Shown: piece after piece, positions 11,909 to 25,100 of the stretch
Position numbering within the stretch: the first letter of the stretch is position 1
Layout: each line of letters opens with the position of its first letter
Source: Leptogorgia sarmentosa
Lineage: Eukaryota
NCBI GenBank assembly: GCA_964658305.1
Contig: OZ210885.1
Coordinates: 6,448,001-6,512,000 of the forward strand
DNA length: 64,000 nucleotides
Direction of reading: 5' to 3'
Position numbers and translations under genes: made by a program
Notes under the pieces: model-generated
What the model was told of the DNA's origin: nothing
Databases searched by the model: none
What the model saw: the letters and a program-made list of their open reading frames with translations, nothing else

Positions 11909-13165
11909 AATTATTCAAAAACAAAGATTTATCTTCGCAAAAGCTTAAGGTAAGTTTTGAAGAGTTGAGTAACGTTAACTCGGTGGCTCGGTATCGAGAA
12001 ATGAAAGAGAGTAAATAGCTAATCATTGTCTTTTATGAACGGATGCGGATTATTTCATCAGTACTGATTGATCGCAAAGACAAACTCATATGAGGTGTTA
12101 TTAAAGAACACCTTACCATCCTGGAAACAGCATTTTCATAGTTCATTGCCATATATAGTTGGAAAAGGTGATTTGCCGCTTTGTCCTGAACACCTTTTAT
12201 TACCGAGGGAAACGCGAAAAATAGTAATAGTAACTGCTAGATTTCAAAATATTAATAATAACTTACTGACTGAGAGTGAGGGCTGTACTGGCCTGTAAGG
12301 GGAAATATCAAACTGAGGTCTTGCTTGCCGAAGTCAGTAGGTTTTTTATTATATGGCATATATGCGCGTTTCGAAATGAGCTCAAATGACACACACGAAT
12401 AAACCGAGCTCGTAATAAAAGAATGCTAACGTCCCACATTTTAACACTTTTCTGCTTTAATAAAGAAAATTTCATTGAATTTTAAACTTTTTGTGATTAA
12501 ATAATACCATATATTACTTCTGCACACTTCTACACTGATTTTTACACACTTTATTCGACCCGCGACTTTTTACCCGCGACCCGCGACTTTTTACCCGCGA
12601 CACGCGACTTTTTACCCGCGACCCGCGACCATTAGTCAAACTCCCTCGTAGTCGTATATTGGCCCTATTGTCTATTGTCACATTTCACTTGAATCACTTC
12701 TGTCATCGATCGTATGACTTAAAAATGTATCTTGCCCAGGCTTTTGAAAACTTGGCTATATTTATTACATTACGCAATTATTTTGACTTCGTATCGTTAT
12801 TCGTTAAACAGTTTCAAAAGTAGACGGGTATTTTATAACCCAGCCGGAATTTTACAGTTTGTGCGTTACGGCAGCACTTTTCCTTGCGATAGTAACTCCT
12901 AGTTTTGTATGTAATTAGTGATTCATCACACCGTGTTTTACAAATCACGGACTGAGTCCGGTCCAGTTCGTGTTTTACTACATGCCCATATCAACACGGC
13001 TGTTAGCCAATCACGCGCGCGCAGTCTTTTTCACTCGCGGGCCCCACGAACCCTTGGCACTTGCGTGTGCAGCAGAGCTTGAAATATTTTGAATACTGTA
13101 TTATCTTTAGCATATTCTGCAGATTGCTACTGTGCTGCAGATATTTTACCCCAGTATATATTATA

Positions 13166-16100
13166 ATGAACCGATTTATTTTGGCTAAACCAGCTTGGTT
13201 ATCGCCTTTCAGACCTGCCGTAAAGAATGTACAGAAATGCAGGTTTACTTGCAAACGGCGGTATTTAGCGCAACAAATCAATAGGTTTCACACAAGTATC
13301 TATAGGACCTCGTACGAAGAAACGTATCGTAAATCTATCGCGACTCCGGAGTTATTTTGGGACGAAGTAGCCAAAGGAATCGACTGGTTTAAACCTTACG
13401 ATCAAGTGCTTGATGACGCTGAATCTCCGTTTGGGAAATGGTGAGCTAGCAATTTTTGTAGTAAATACAAAGTCCGACATTCTTACAAAATACTATCGGC
13501 TAGAATACCGTAATACTACGCTCGGATCAAAGTCCCTGCTAAAAATACGAATGGTACAAGCAGTGATCTTGTCAAAGGATTTTGAATCCTTTGATTATTG
13601 AATTGCAACAAGTTGATTTGAGCTATTATGGTATTATGTGATATTTTGTTTATATTTTTTATGGGCTATAGTATATATTTAGCATACAAAGGTTTGAAGG
13701 GATGTGTTTGGGAGAGGGGGTATTCATCACATGCATACATATATTTGTATTTAATGGCTTTGGTTAGGCTGTGTTTTTTAAAAATAAAACAAGGGGCCCC
13801 ATTGAAATGTTGACACTTGTATTTTAATACCCAAATCACCAAACCTGTACCATAACCAGGGTTGATGGAGATAAACTCAGAACATGTGGCAAAGCCACGC
13901 AATACCTAGGTGATTGATCTTGGGGTATGCTCCCCAAGGAGAATTTTTTATTTGATATTTGAAAGGTTTGAAATGATTTCCTGTTGCATTCTATAGTGAT
14001 TTTTTTAATTAATTACTCGACTAGTTGCAAGTTAAAGTTTTGCAATAATACATTGTATAGCTGATACAGTACACATGACATATAGTAATTAACCGGATTT
14101 AACTTGTATAACCTCCTGCCATAAAGGGCAACTATTGGTGCTTTCTCAATATATGAGCAACTGAAATATAAATATAGTACATAACCTTGACCCAAACCAC
14201 CATTCTAACCTTGATCTATTTCGGTTGCTCATATATTGATGAAGGGCCTAACTATCCTCTGTTTTGCCTATTTGCCTATGTTCCTGTATCAAACACACTA
14301 GCAATCGTTCATGGCCTCAAATTGTGAATCTGTATGTAAGTCTTGGCTTTCATTAAAACGATAAGCACAATCAAAGTCTTACTACCCTTTATTGCCCCAT
14401 GCTAAATCCTGATTGTATCAAAAATAGGTCATATAATAACATACTAACAACAACATCTTATTGATTTATTACTATCGACTACACCTGATGTCAAATATAG
14501 AAATGAAATATATAGAAATAGGGAATTTCGATTATCCCAGAACTATCAGTGTGATGCAGACGAATTTTTTTATGCACGTATTGCTCTGCATGTGGAACGC
14601 TTTCGTGCCTGTACGCACGAACCACATCTTGATGTCACAGGAAGCAAAGAATGGCGGCTCTTTCAATTATCACTTGCGGCTAAATCCCGTTTTGGCACCA
14701 GCGTCGCCTGGTTCTTTTAAACATTTGAAATATCTTGATTTATCTCATAATTTGTTAAATGAACAGGATTATTCAAATTCAAACTCAAGTGTAATTATCA
14801 CTAAGTCCATTGTAATATTTTCCACTAGGCCGTGACATTTATTCTGTAACAATCCTTAAAAACAGGAATTCTGCATCGTTTCGGTTTTTGCCAATATAAA
14901 AACTATTGTCAGACTTCACCTACTTTGGGGAAAATTAAGGAATTTTATAATTCTTACGAAGGATTTTTCAAAATTTGTATGGTGAACAAGTACACTGAAT
15001 CACACACATACTCTTCTTTCTCTACCTTTTTATCGAAACTACATGTATCCTACAAGCTTTTTATTTCAACGTGATCATTTCCGAATTGGACTTGATCCCT
15101 TTTTACGCACCACACATCTTAACTCTATGTATATGTTTACACCTTGGCATCCACGCATTTTATAAGTATACATATATACAAGCATTTTATTCATTTTTAC
15201 ATAATACGTCCATCATATCTACCCTAAAAACGTGCAGTTTAAGTGACAGGCCAAACGGTAACATGTTTTACCGCATGCAATAATCCCCTTTGTCCGTAAC
15301 CTACACAATACTGCTACCGCATGAAATATACGGCAACAATGTGGTTCCTATTACCTATATAAAAAATATAAAATCAATACTATATGGAAGTAGGCTGGCT
15401 TCTTTGTTTTATTTACTCTACCTCCTGTGTTAAGATTGAACAAAGCCTCAGCTTTTGCCGTGACTCCGTCGAGTAAAAATTGAATATGGCGGCCAGTGTG
15501 CCAAAACGGGATTTAGCCGCAAGTTCAAAGATCAAATATTGAAACGATACTTTGTTGAATAGAGCTTAAATTTGTTCACTTTAACACAACGCATGACATT
15601 TATATGTAGATTAAATAATTCAAATTGCTTCTATAAGACTGAATATTGTTTTTTAGTAATAAATATCATAGAATTTCCCTGCAAAATCCTGGTGTTTCTG
15701 ATACGTGCAGACAAGCATGATAGCGAATTGATTATACTAAAGTGATATAGATTTACAACTATTAAAACTATTAAGGCTATTCAAATCCACAATTTTGATT
15801 GGCTGAGCTACTAGCAATCGATTGTGATAGGCTGATAGCCTTCTACACAGAGTATATATCATACAGAGATATAACTGGTGTAAATCAATATGAAAAAACT
15901 CGCATTTTTACGTACCCACTTTTTTTTCAATGCGATCGGCAAAAAATGATCAACTGCGCATGCTTGGCAAGTTTAAATTTAGTCGTCATCAGGTCGTCAT
16001 CCAATCAGATGCACGCATCTAGTAACTTGCCGAGCATGCGCACAAAAAAAGTGGGTACAGCAGTTACATCTCTGTATGATATATACTCTGTGCCTTCTAT

Positions 16101-19100
16101 AGTAGCAAACGATTGTTTCACTTGTAACTGTTTCGCCTTCGGCAGAAGAGTGAGCGAGAAATTTTGACAAGACAAGCCAAGCACAGTTTTGAAAAATTCG
16201 AGTTCATTGTATTGTCAGCAAGTTAGTGTATATTTGTAAATAAAACCCGAACATAAAGTCTCTAAACCTGAGCTGAGGCTGGGTATAACATTACAAATAT
16301 ACTGTTTGCAATTTGTATAAGTAATCGCATGAGGCCGAGTAAAATTAAGGATTAATTTCGACGAGGCGAAGCGACGAGGGCAATTTCTGAAACTTTGAAA
16401 ACACAAGTGAAATTAATTACGAGGACCCAAAATGCGATTACATGTTAATCATATATTGAAGATAAGATCTATTCAAACATAAATCGCTTGGAATTGAATG
16501 TCAACTTTAGGTTTTAGATTCGGGCATTCGGCACTTCGGGCGGTACTATATAGTTATTAATGTCGGTTAACAACGTTGGGAAATGAAATAAACGATATAC
16601 AAATTATATGAACGACAGGTTTTTATTTAAAAAAATTGTTTAAATATTTACCAAATTGCTTGAAACTAACTCAATTTGCCGATTTCACACTTCTTTGCGA
16701 GGAAGCCATCAGTCCGACATGAAGTCAACACAAAAACATTCTGAAAATTCAGCCAATCAGGGCCAAGTAATTCGGCCCTCTGAATTAAGCAAAAATGTAC
16801 TCGTCATTATGGCATCAGGTTCTAGTAATTTTGCCCTCTATATGATTAAATTGTAAACGAAAAAAGAGAGCCATTTCATGCAACTGTTTTTAAAACAAGA
16901 CTGCAAATCAGTTGTAATTAGTGAAATAGCTCTCTTTTTTGTTTATAATTAAATTGCAAACAGTATATTTGTAATGCTACTAGAAACCCGACTAGGCTTT
17001 TTACGCAAGAATTTTACATGCAAAAGAATCGTGGAAATAAATTTTGCATCGTTTACTCACCTGTAAAGATGACAATGTACGAGTTTGTTTGGCATTTTAT
17101 TCTTCTAGACATTGCATTATCTATAGTTTGATTGATTTCGTCTTCGTTGTCGTTGACTCGCTCGTAAAAACCTCTTGAACCAGTTGCCTTTCAATAAACC
17201 TTTTTATGCCTTTTGTCAAAAACGAATTTATTGTTGCTAGGTAACAGACAGATTTTATTGCCCCGTTGAACCACAGAGGAATTATATGCAGAGGTCTAAC
17301 TGTCGTACCCTTTTTTTACACAAACTCTCACGCACGCAAGTCATTGTATCTATACCTTAAGAAGGCAACTTATCACAAATAAGCCATCATTTAGAAATAC
17401 ATACATCGCAAACTTCGCTTTAAACTAAATCACTACCACAGAATACTGCAAAATAACTAGATATAAAGGCAATTGAACGCAATCCTATTGGTCGCTCTAT
17501 GACAGTATCCAATAGGATTGCCTCGGAATTTTCCGACGAATGACATAGTATGGAGCAAAATGGATCCCGCCTATCGACAACGAAATTTAATTTATATCTA
17601 GTGATTTTGCGGTATTCTGTGGTAGTGTTTTAGTTAAAAGTGAAGTTTGCGGTGTATGTATTTCTAAATGATGGATTATTTGTGATAAAGTTGCCAACCT
17701 TAGGATAGTCTTAGCTAATATATAAATACAATGACTGCGTGCGAACTGCGTGCGTGAGAGTTGGTGAATGTATAGTAAGTTGATGAGAGGCACAATAAGC
17801 AACGCCTGGAAAGACAGTCTACGGCATTCAAAGATACATATTCATTATTTTTAATGATTTTAAGTTAAATATCATAAAAATAAATGTATATTTGGGCTAC
17901 CTTTGCTTTTAGACAAACTATTGAATTAAGAAATTTCATTAGCGTGGTTGGAAAGAGCATCCCAAATTTAGTAACATTGTGAAGTTTGGTTTCAAAGTAT
18001 AGTAAACTTTTTCAAATACAGTTATCACATTCCAAATACGATGATCAGCCGGGCGTTTCTACAAAAGTACACAAAATTTGCAAACTTCACATGAGTGTAT
18101 TTTCCTCATTTTGCATAATTTTTACCCAAATTTTACCAAGTTGATGATGCTCCTTCCAGCTATGCTAATGAATTTTCCTAATTCTGAAGACTGTGTAAAA
18201 GGGGAAATGTCCATTAATTGAGTTTATGTTATATCTTTCCTAGGTTTGTTGGTGGTGAAATGAACACATGTTATAATGCTCTTGATCGCCATGTTAAATC
18301 CGGCCATGGGCAGCAGCTTGCGTTGATTTATGATAGTCCAGTAACAGACACGCTTGAAAAATATACGTTTCAAGAACTGTTGGACCAGGTAAGGTTTTCC
18401 TAATATACATGGTCTGTATTTATTTGCCTTTCTGTTTAGTGTACTATTTTCAAGGATGACATTTTAAGACGTTGAGAACAAGACAACAAGATCTATCCGT
18501 GAGGGGAAAAAACGTTAGGAAGAAACCCTTTAAGGCCGGTTTACACTGTACAACTTTTGCTTACAATTGTCGCTTACGATTGTCGTAGGCTTTTAAAGCA
18601 TGCTTCAAAAGGCCACAACTTTTTTCGTGTTGTATCGAACTGTCGTAGCAAGTCGTGGGGTTAATTCACATTCTACAATTCGAGTTGTAAGCGCATTGCA
18701 TGCGATAGTACGCAAAAGTTGTAAAGTATAAACCGGTCTTTAAAATCTCTAAAAATGTTAGGAAATCTTCAAAAAATACTAAAGGTTTTGGGAAGTCTTT
18801 AGAAAAATCCTGAGATTTTTGAAACCCCAAAAATGTTTCTGGAGTATTTACAGATATCACATCATGTCTGCATGGCACGAGTCGCTCAATACTGTTCTAT
18901 ATTTTAGGTTAGTCTATTTGCCGGAGGACTGAAAGATCTTGGTGTTGTTAAAGGGGATCGTGTCATAATCTATATGCCGATGATTCCACAGGTACGTATG
19001 ACAACTGGTATAGCAGACTCAAACCCTAACCTATTTCTTAAAATCGCAATTTGCATCTACGGGGTGCATAGCTCTTAACCCATTGAAATGGCGTGATACA

Positions 19101-22100
19101 TATATGTAGAATACTTATGGGACCAGTACTTATCATGTGAAATAAGCGAATTTTAAGCACCCCATTACATACTTACATTAAGTATGCTTCCTTGGGGTTC
19201 GTCATTGACGGAAAATTTGTTGGGTTAGGTTTTATAGCTTTGCAGCTCTTCGATTCTCAGAAATAATTCGGCGATTAGTTACAAATTCATGAGTTTGAAG
19301 ATTTATATTCCAGATCTTGTTGTGTATTCTGTCAGTACACGAGCGATCTAAACAACCAAAAACCTTCTTACCACGAGGTACTTCGCAGAGTTGAGAAAAA
19401 TTTCAAATGTGTTCAGTTTTTTTACACTATATACAAGAATATCAACGATGGCATGGAAGAATTTCTGCGCTCTAAGACCCATACAGGTTCAACACGGGGC
19501 ATACGTAGTCAGAGAGCAGTCCTCTGAGAACAGTCCGTACCCATTTTTTAGACGGTTTTTTTTCAAAGTAGACAGAAGTGAGAAGGGCAAAAATACCATA
19601 TTTGATGCTTGACATGTTTGATTTCAGGCCGTTATAGCTATGCTAGCATGCAGTCGTATTGGGGCCGTTCACTCCGTTGTATTTGGTGGTTTTGCGTCAG
19701 AAGAACTAGGACGGCGAATACAGCATTGTGAGGTGCACTATAACCTTTTGTTTAGTTAAGTACCAAGTACCTGGGGTGATGAGGGATAAATCCGGAGAGC
19801 TATAGAGCTAGGGGGGCACCTGCAAGCATTACTGGTTAATCTGGGGGTGCCGGGAAGGACTAAAAAGCAGTTAAGGAAGGAGAAAAAGCAAGATCCTTTA
19901 TACTGCATTTGTTCTGTGGTTCCTCCCACGAGGAATTGTCAAATCTAGATTTTCCCAAATGCTATTTCATGCGTTTTTGGCAGAATTTTAACATAATTTT
20001 AACCGTCAATAATCCATTTTTTCTGAAAGATGCTTGTTTCAAATTTCCGTGTATAATTTTTTCATTTCTTTAAAGCCTAAAGTAGTGGTCACAGCGTCTT
20101 GTGGAGTAGAGCCAAAAGGGATACTGCCATATAAACCGTTGGTGGATGAGGCTATCGTATTTTCCCAGTACAAACCCGAAAAGTGCGTTGTTTACCAAAG
20201 AGACATGGTTTGTATTTTATACAAATTGTAACATTTGCTCGTGCTTGCAATTATTCTAATTATCAATACGACCCCCCCCCCCCCCTTGCATTGTGGTGAC
20301 CGTTTTCTTTGTTAGAATGGGGGCTATGTCAATCAATTTTCTCGGTTCTAATTTTTTTTTGATAATTTATGGGCATTTCTTAGTTTTATTTTTTACTTTG
20401 AAGACTTGTGATTTACAATACTGAATTTTACCGACCCCCTCCTTGTTTTGTACAACAGTCTAAAAAGATTTAATTACCCTGGATAGACCACAATTAATGC
20501 ATTCCGATTAATTCGAAATGAAAGATGGCGTCGCTGTAAATTTAGAATCGTAGACTTTGGATATAGCTAAGCTACGTAGGCTGGGCCTTTCTTGATATTT
20601 AAAATTATCCCTGGCAGGATATATCTGTAATATACGAAGTAACTATTAACTCATGGTACAGATATAAAATGGAATGATGTGATGGCCAAGGCATCTATTA
20701 TTAGCTATCACAATTAGATTTCTGAGCTGTCCCCTGCTTCGCTACGCAGGCTGGCTTGAAAATAAATTATCCCTATAATAGAATATATCCGTTATATATA
20801 TTAATATGAAGGAACTATGACTCCAACTCCTGGTAGAGATATAAAATGGAATGATGTGATGGCCAAGGATTCCTGGGCTGTCCCTTGCTTTGCTAGCTAA
20901 GCAACGTAGGCTGGCTTGAAAATAAATTATCCCTAATAGAATATGTCTTTTATATATATTAGTACGAAGGAACTATGATTCCTGGTAGAGATATAGAATG
21001 GAATGATGTGATGGCCGAGGCGTCTCCTCACGATTGTATTCCAGTGCTTGCAACGGATCCTCTATACATACTGTACACTTCAGGCACCACAGGTGATCCC
21101 AAGGTAGGTGATTTCACTGATCTATGCTAAGACTGGATTGCACATCCCATTATTGTGTTCAGTGACCCAATTTTGAAGCCAGAATATTTTTAATGAGATT
21201 GGGTTTATAAATGTGCCCAATTTTGTACATAGGCTAAAGCACTTGTGATTTTTCACCTATGATTTTTCATGTTGTTGTGCTGTACTCGTGTGGAGAATGT
21301 TTAGTGATGTTACTCTGAGTGTACGTACACACCAGGGAGGCTGAAAAATTTGCCGGCCTCAGTGGGAATCGAACCTGCGACCTTTGGTTTGCTAGTCTAT
21401 ATAAACATTGCATTATAATTAGTTTCACCAAACCTGTTAACCTGACCATAATCGTAGAAGTGTTTAATTATAGTCTCTCAAAGAATCAGTGTAAATAAAT
21501 TACAGGGTATGGTGAGGCCATCAGGCGGTCATGCCGTGGCTCTCCACTGGACGATGAAACATTTATATGGCGTCGAGCCTGGTGAGGTATGGATATTTCG
21601 GTCGGTGCTAGATCATGGAGTTAACACCCATAACATCAGAATTTCAATATTAACGGAGGTTTTCTCTATAAAATGTTTTATTTACGAGGGTTTATTTTAG
21701 AGGGCGAACTCAGGATTAGCTCAGGCGGTTAGGCAAACGGTGCGTGCAAACCAGCTTTGAGACAAACAAACTGGACCCGATTTGGTGACGCGACGCAATT
21801 TTCCAGTGTTTGAAAGCCCATAAAAGAGTCCACTCCAGAAAGTAAATTATGGAAGCTATGTGAGTTTGAAGAGTCCAGATGTTTTGCCGCTATGAAATTT
21901 TGGAAAATATTGCATCAGTGGCAATTATGTTTGCTTCGAAAAACTGAAAAATCGCGTCGCGTCCGATCTGTGTGGGCCTTTAGTGTTCAAGCTCCAGTTT
22001 TACAGTTTTTTCCGCGTAAGTGATTTAACGTTAAAACTTTTTTCCTGAATATTTTTCCGACCTCTGTGGTTAGGGTTAGGATTTTAGTGTTTGGGTTGGG

Positions 22101-25100
22101 ATTGAGGAAATTATTTGCATAAACTAGTTTATATCTGTAATAATACTGTACTCCGTTAATATTAAAATTATGACGTCATTGTACGTTAACTCTATATGAT
22201 CCATTGAACTAAAATATTATGGAATGCTACCTGTGCAGGAACATGCCTGAAATTGCCTGAAGCCAGACACGCGTGTCTGGAGGTAAATTCGTGGGTTACT
22301 CGTGCGCTAACGCGTTTTTTGCGTGGTGCCGAAGAGGCAGCCATGTGTTGTTTTGAGTTTTCGAAGTTAAGCGGTTGAATTTTTATTCAAAAAAGTACAA
22401 ATCACATCTTTTCATACGTCTATCCGATTGGTAAATCAGGGAAATAAAAGCAGACATTTTTGTTTAACCCAAATATGTACACAAACGATATGGATCAGAG
22501 ATTTTCAGAGATTCAAGACTTGCATAGCCAAATGAAGTTGTAAAATTGAATCACATCGTGGTCTTTTTAAAAATTACCTTAGTGTAAATTCCAAAAGAAA
22601 CTAGGCATACTATTCGTGAATTTCTTTAAAAAAGACGAACTTTATAGAAAAAAAATCCGTTCAGCAGCGACATGATTGATATTTGTGTTTTGGCCGCGCT
22701 CGTCTGTCGCGAGAAAAGACTGGGTTCTAACCGGAAATCTCGGCTTCAATTTCCGGCAGGAGTTAGCATTCCATATATTTTAGTTCAATGATATGATCTG
22801 ACCCCTCGCCTTAGTAACGAACTATTGAACTATGTGTACTTTTGGAACATGAGGTATTCACAAGTAGTTGTCATATATTTATGCTTTCAAAAGCGTGAAA
22901 ATAATGGCAAAAATATAAGTTTAAATCCTTGCGAAACTTTTATCATCCGTATGTTTGTCTAATGTATTATGATTTTGTGTAAATTGCGACCTATTATTTG
23001 GAAAAAGAATTTTTGAAATATTTAAGAAACTCATTTTTATGGACATAAATTTTATGTTGAATGTGTTACAGGCTAAAATTCGGCTGTTCTTTAATATTTT
23101 GAAATAACGGACTGCACTTAAGCAGCTGGCAGTCTTTTTTGTCTTCTTTTTTGCCTTTAGGTCATTTTCTTCAAGTTTTGTATTATCGCATGGATCTTCA
23201 TCATTGTTCATTGGATTTTTTAGGTGTGGTGGGCTGCATCTGATCTGGGATGGGTTGTCGGTCATTCGTACATTGTATATGCGCCACTGTTATCAAGAGT
23301 AACTTCGATACTTTTTGAGGTATGTCTAAATCTTCATTCGTGCCCTACCATGGATCACCTCTGATGTCGGTTCGCTTCTCAGAGAGGACTCTCTCGTTCC
23401 TCAGCGGGTACTTTTAACTCATCCAATCCATCTGGTATTCACCTTTAAACTCTTATGCAAGATACATGCAATACAAAATGTATTAATGTAATGCGAACGG
23501 CGTATTTATATCTCTCAGAAGTAGAATTGCGTTGCAAGTTGTAAGAAAAATCACATCGTGCATGTAATGTTGCGTTGAGACACCCCTCATCCCTATATAC
23601 ACTCGTAAAAACGGACAAAGCCGATATTTTGTTCGCAGTGCTTATACCAGACTTATTGACAAGTTGTTAGAAACCCGCAGCAGACTTGCTACAAGCTTGT
23701 TGACTCTTCAGACTTGCTACAAGCTTACCCTAACAACTTGTTATCGTCTTGCAATTCAACAACTTGTTAACAGGTTGTGAGTGCCAAGCTTGTAGCAACT
23801 TGTTGACAGGCTGGCTACAAGCTTTTTGCGAACGCATCTTGCTGACAAGTTGTGAGACTTTTTACGTGTGTACATGTAACATCCGTTTTGTGGTCTATTC
23901 TTAGGGAAAACCCGTGGGCACCCCAGATTCTGGAGCGTTCTTTCGAGTGATGGAGCAACATAATGTTTGCAGCTTGTTCACAGCACCAACAGCCATTCGA
24001 ATTATAAGAACAGAGGTAGGGGTACCGAGAGCAGAACATTTTGGTTAAATATTAACGGAATGATGATATCATTAAGGGCAATAATTATTCATTTTTAGTT
24101 CGGTGGTGTGGGAAGCTAGAGAGCTTATGCAAGCGTTTTTGACTACACAGATGCCAAACCGGAAGTGAATTGAGCCGTTTCAGCCAATGAACGGTTCGAT
24201 TGACCTCCGATTGGCGTGCGTGTTGTCAGTTATTATTATTTTTAACATTTTATTTCTTCTTTTTAGGACCCTGATGGAAAAATCATAAATAAGTATGACT
24301 TGTCTAAGTAAGTAATGTGTCAGTGTGTTAAATTGAGTTTCTGTAGAACTTTACAGCAGTAGAATTACAGAAAAAGACGCCCTTAATTTCACCTAAAATG
24401 TTAGTTGTGCTGCTAAAACAACGATAATAAAAGAATGCGAAAATCGACAAATTCTAGTAGACGATACTAGAATACATTATAGTGATAGAACGAGATTTCA
24501 GGAAAGATATTTTTAATAGTAGTAAAATCCCAAAATTTGGTTAAAAATGCTACATGAAATGAAAACTAAATGAGGAACATATAGCCTTAAAAGCTTCCAA
24601 ATTTTCTCATTATTGTGTTGCGTGCGGAAATTGCTGCCATTTTGAGCCGAATTTGGGAGCGATTTCCGCAGGCAACATGACAATGAGAAAATTCGCAAAC
24701 TTTGCAAGGCTATATTTTCCGCACATTACGACATTATTCCAAGTTTTGGAATTTTACTGATTTCGAAAGGTCCTTTCCGGATAGATAAAAAATAATAAAA
24801 ATAGTATATAATGGAACTTGTCAATTAGAGCGCAGTGTGGAGACTTCCTGGTCAGGTAATATAGGCTGCTTTCAAGTTACGCGTTTTCACACGTACGTGT
24901 ACGCACGTAAAAGTCTAAATCCCTCTATATGTTGTTTTATTAACAAAATACATTCAGAAACACATACTATACATCATTCAAAGTATGAGATGCTTTACAT
25001 TTGTTCATGTGATTGTATAGAAACTAACATTATAATCAATTTCAATTTTTACGTGCCTGTACGTAAAAAACGCGTAACTGGAAAGCAGCCTATATATTCT

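Larger units (their letters stand above)
6825..12643 (-). mobile_element. Mutator-like (MULE) DNA transposon with modular, tandem-repeat TIRs
   Basis: TIRs at 6825-6959 and 12536-12643 start GAGTTTGACTAATGGTCGCGGGT and contain 21-bp GTCGCGGGTAAAAAGTCGCG(G/T) repeats. 8-bp TSD CCTCGTAG at 6817-6824 and 12644-12651. A transposase gene lies inside. Confidence 0.88.

Noticed and set aside
13061..13165. Upstream GTG start extending ACSS3
   Set aside because: Artefact of a bacterial-style ORF caller; the ATG at 13166 gives a plausible transit peptide.
14669..15525. ~25-bp inverted repeat CTTGCGGCTAAATCCCGTTTTGGCAC in intron 1
   Set aside because: The repeat is real, but no termini or TSD could be defined, so it is not called as an element.
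21340..21398. tRNA gene
   Set aside because: Only the 3' half with a B box is present and there is no cloverleaf; treated as a SINE head.
23342..23411. Possible hammerhead on the minus strand (CTGAGGA..GAGAG/CTCTC..GAAC)
   Set aside because: The GAAA core is broken and stems I and III cannot be formed convincingly.
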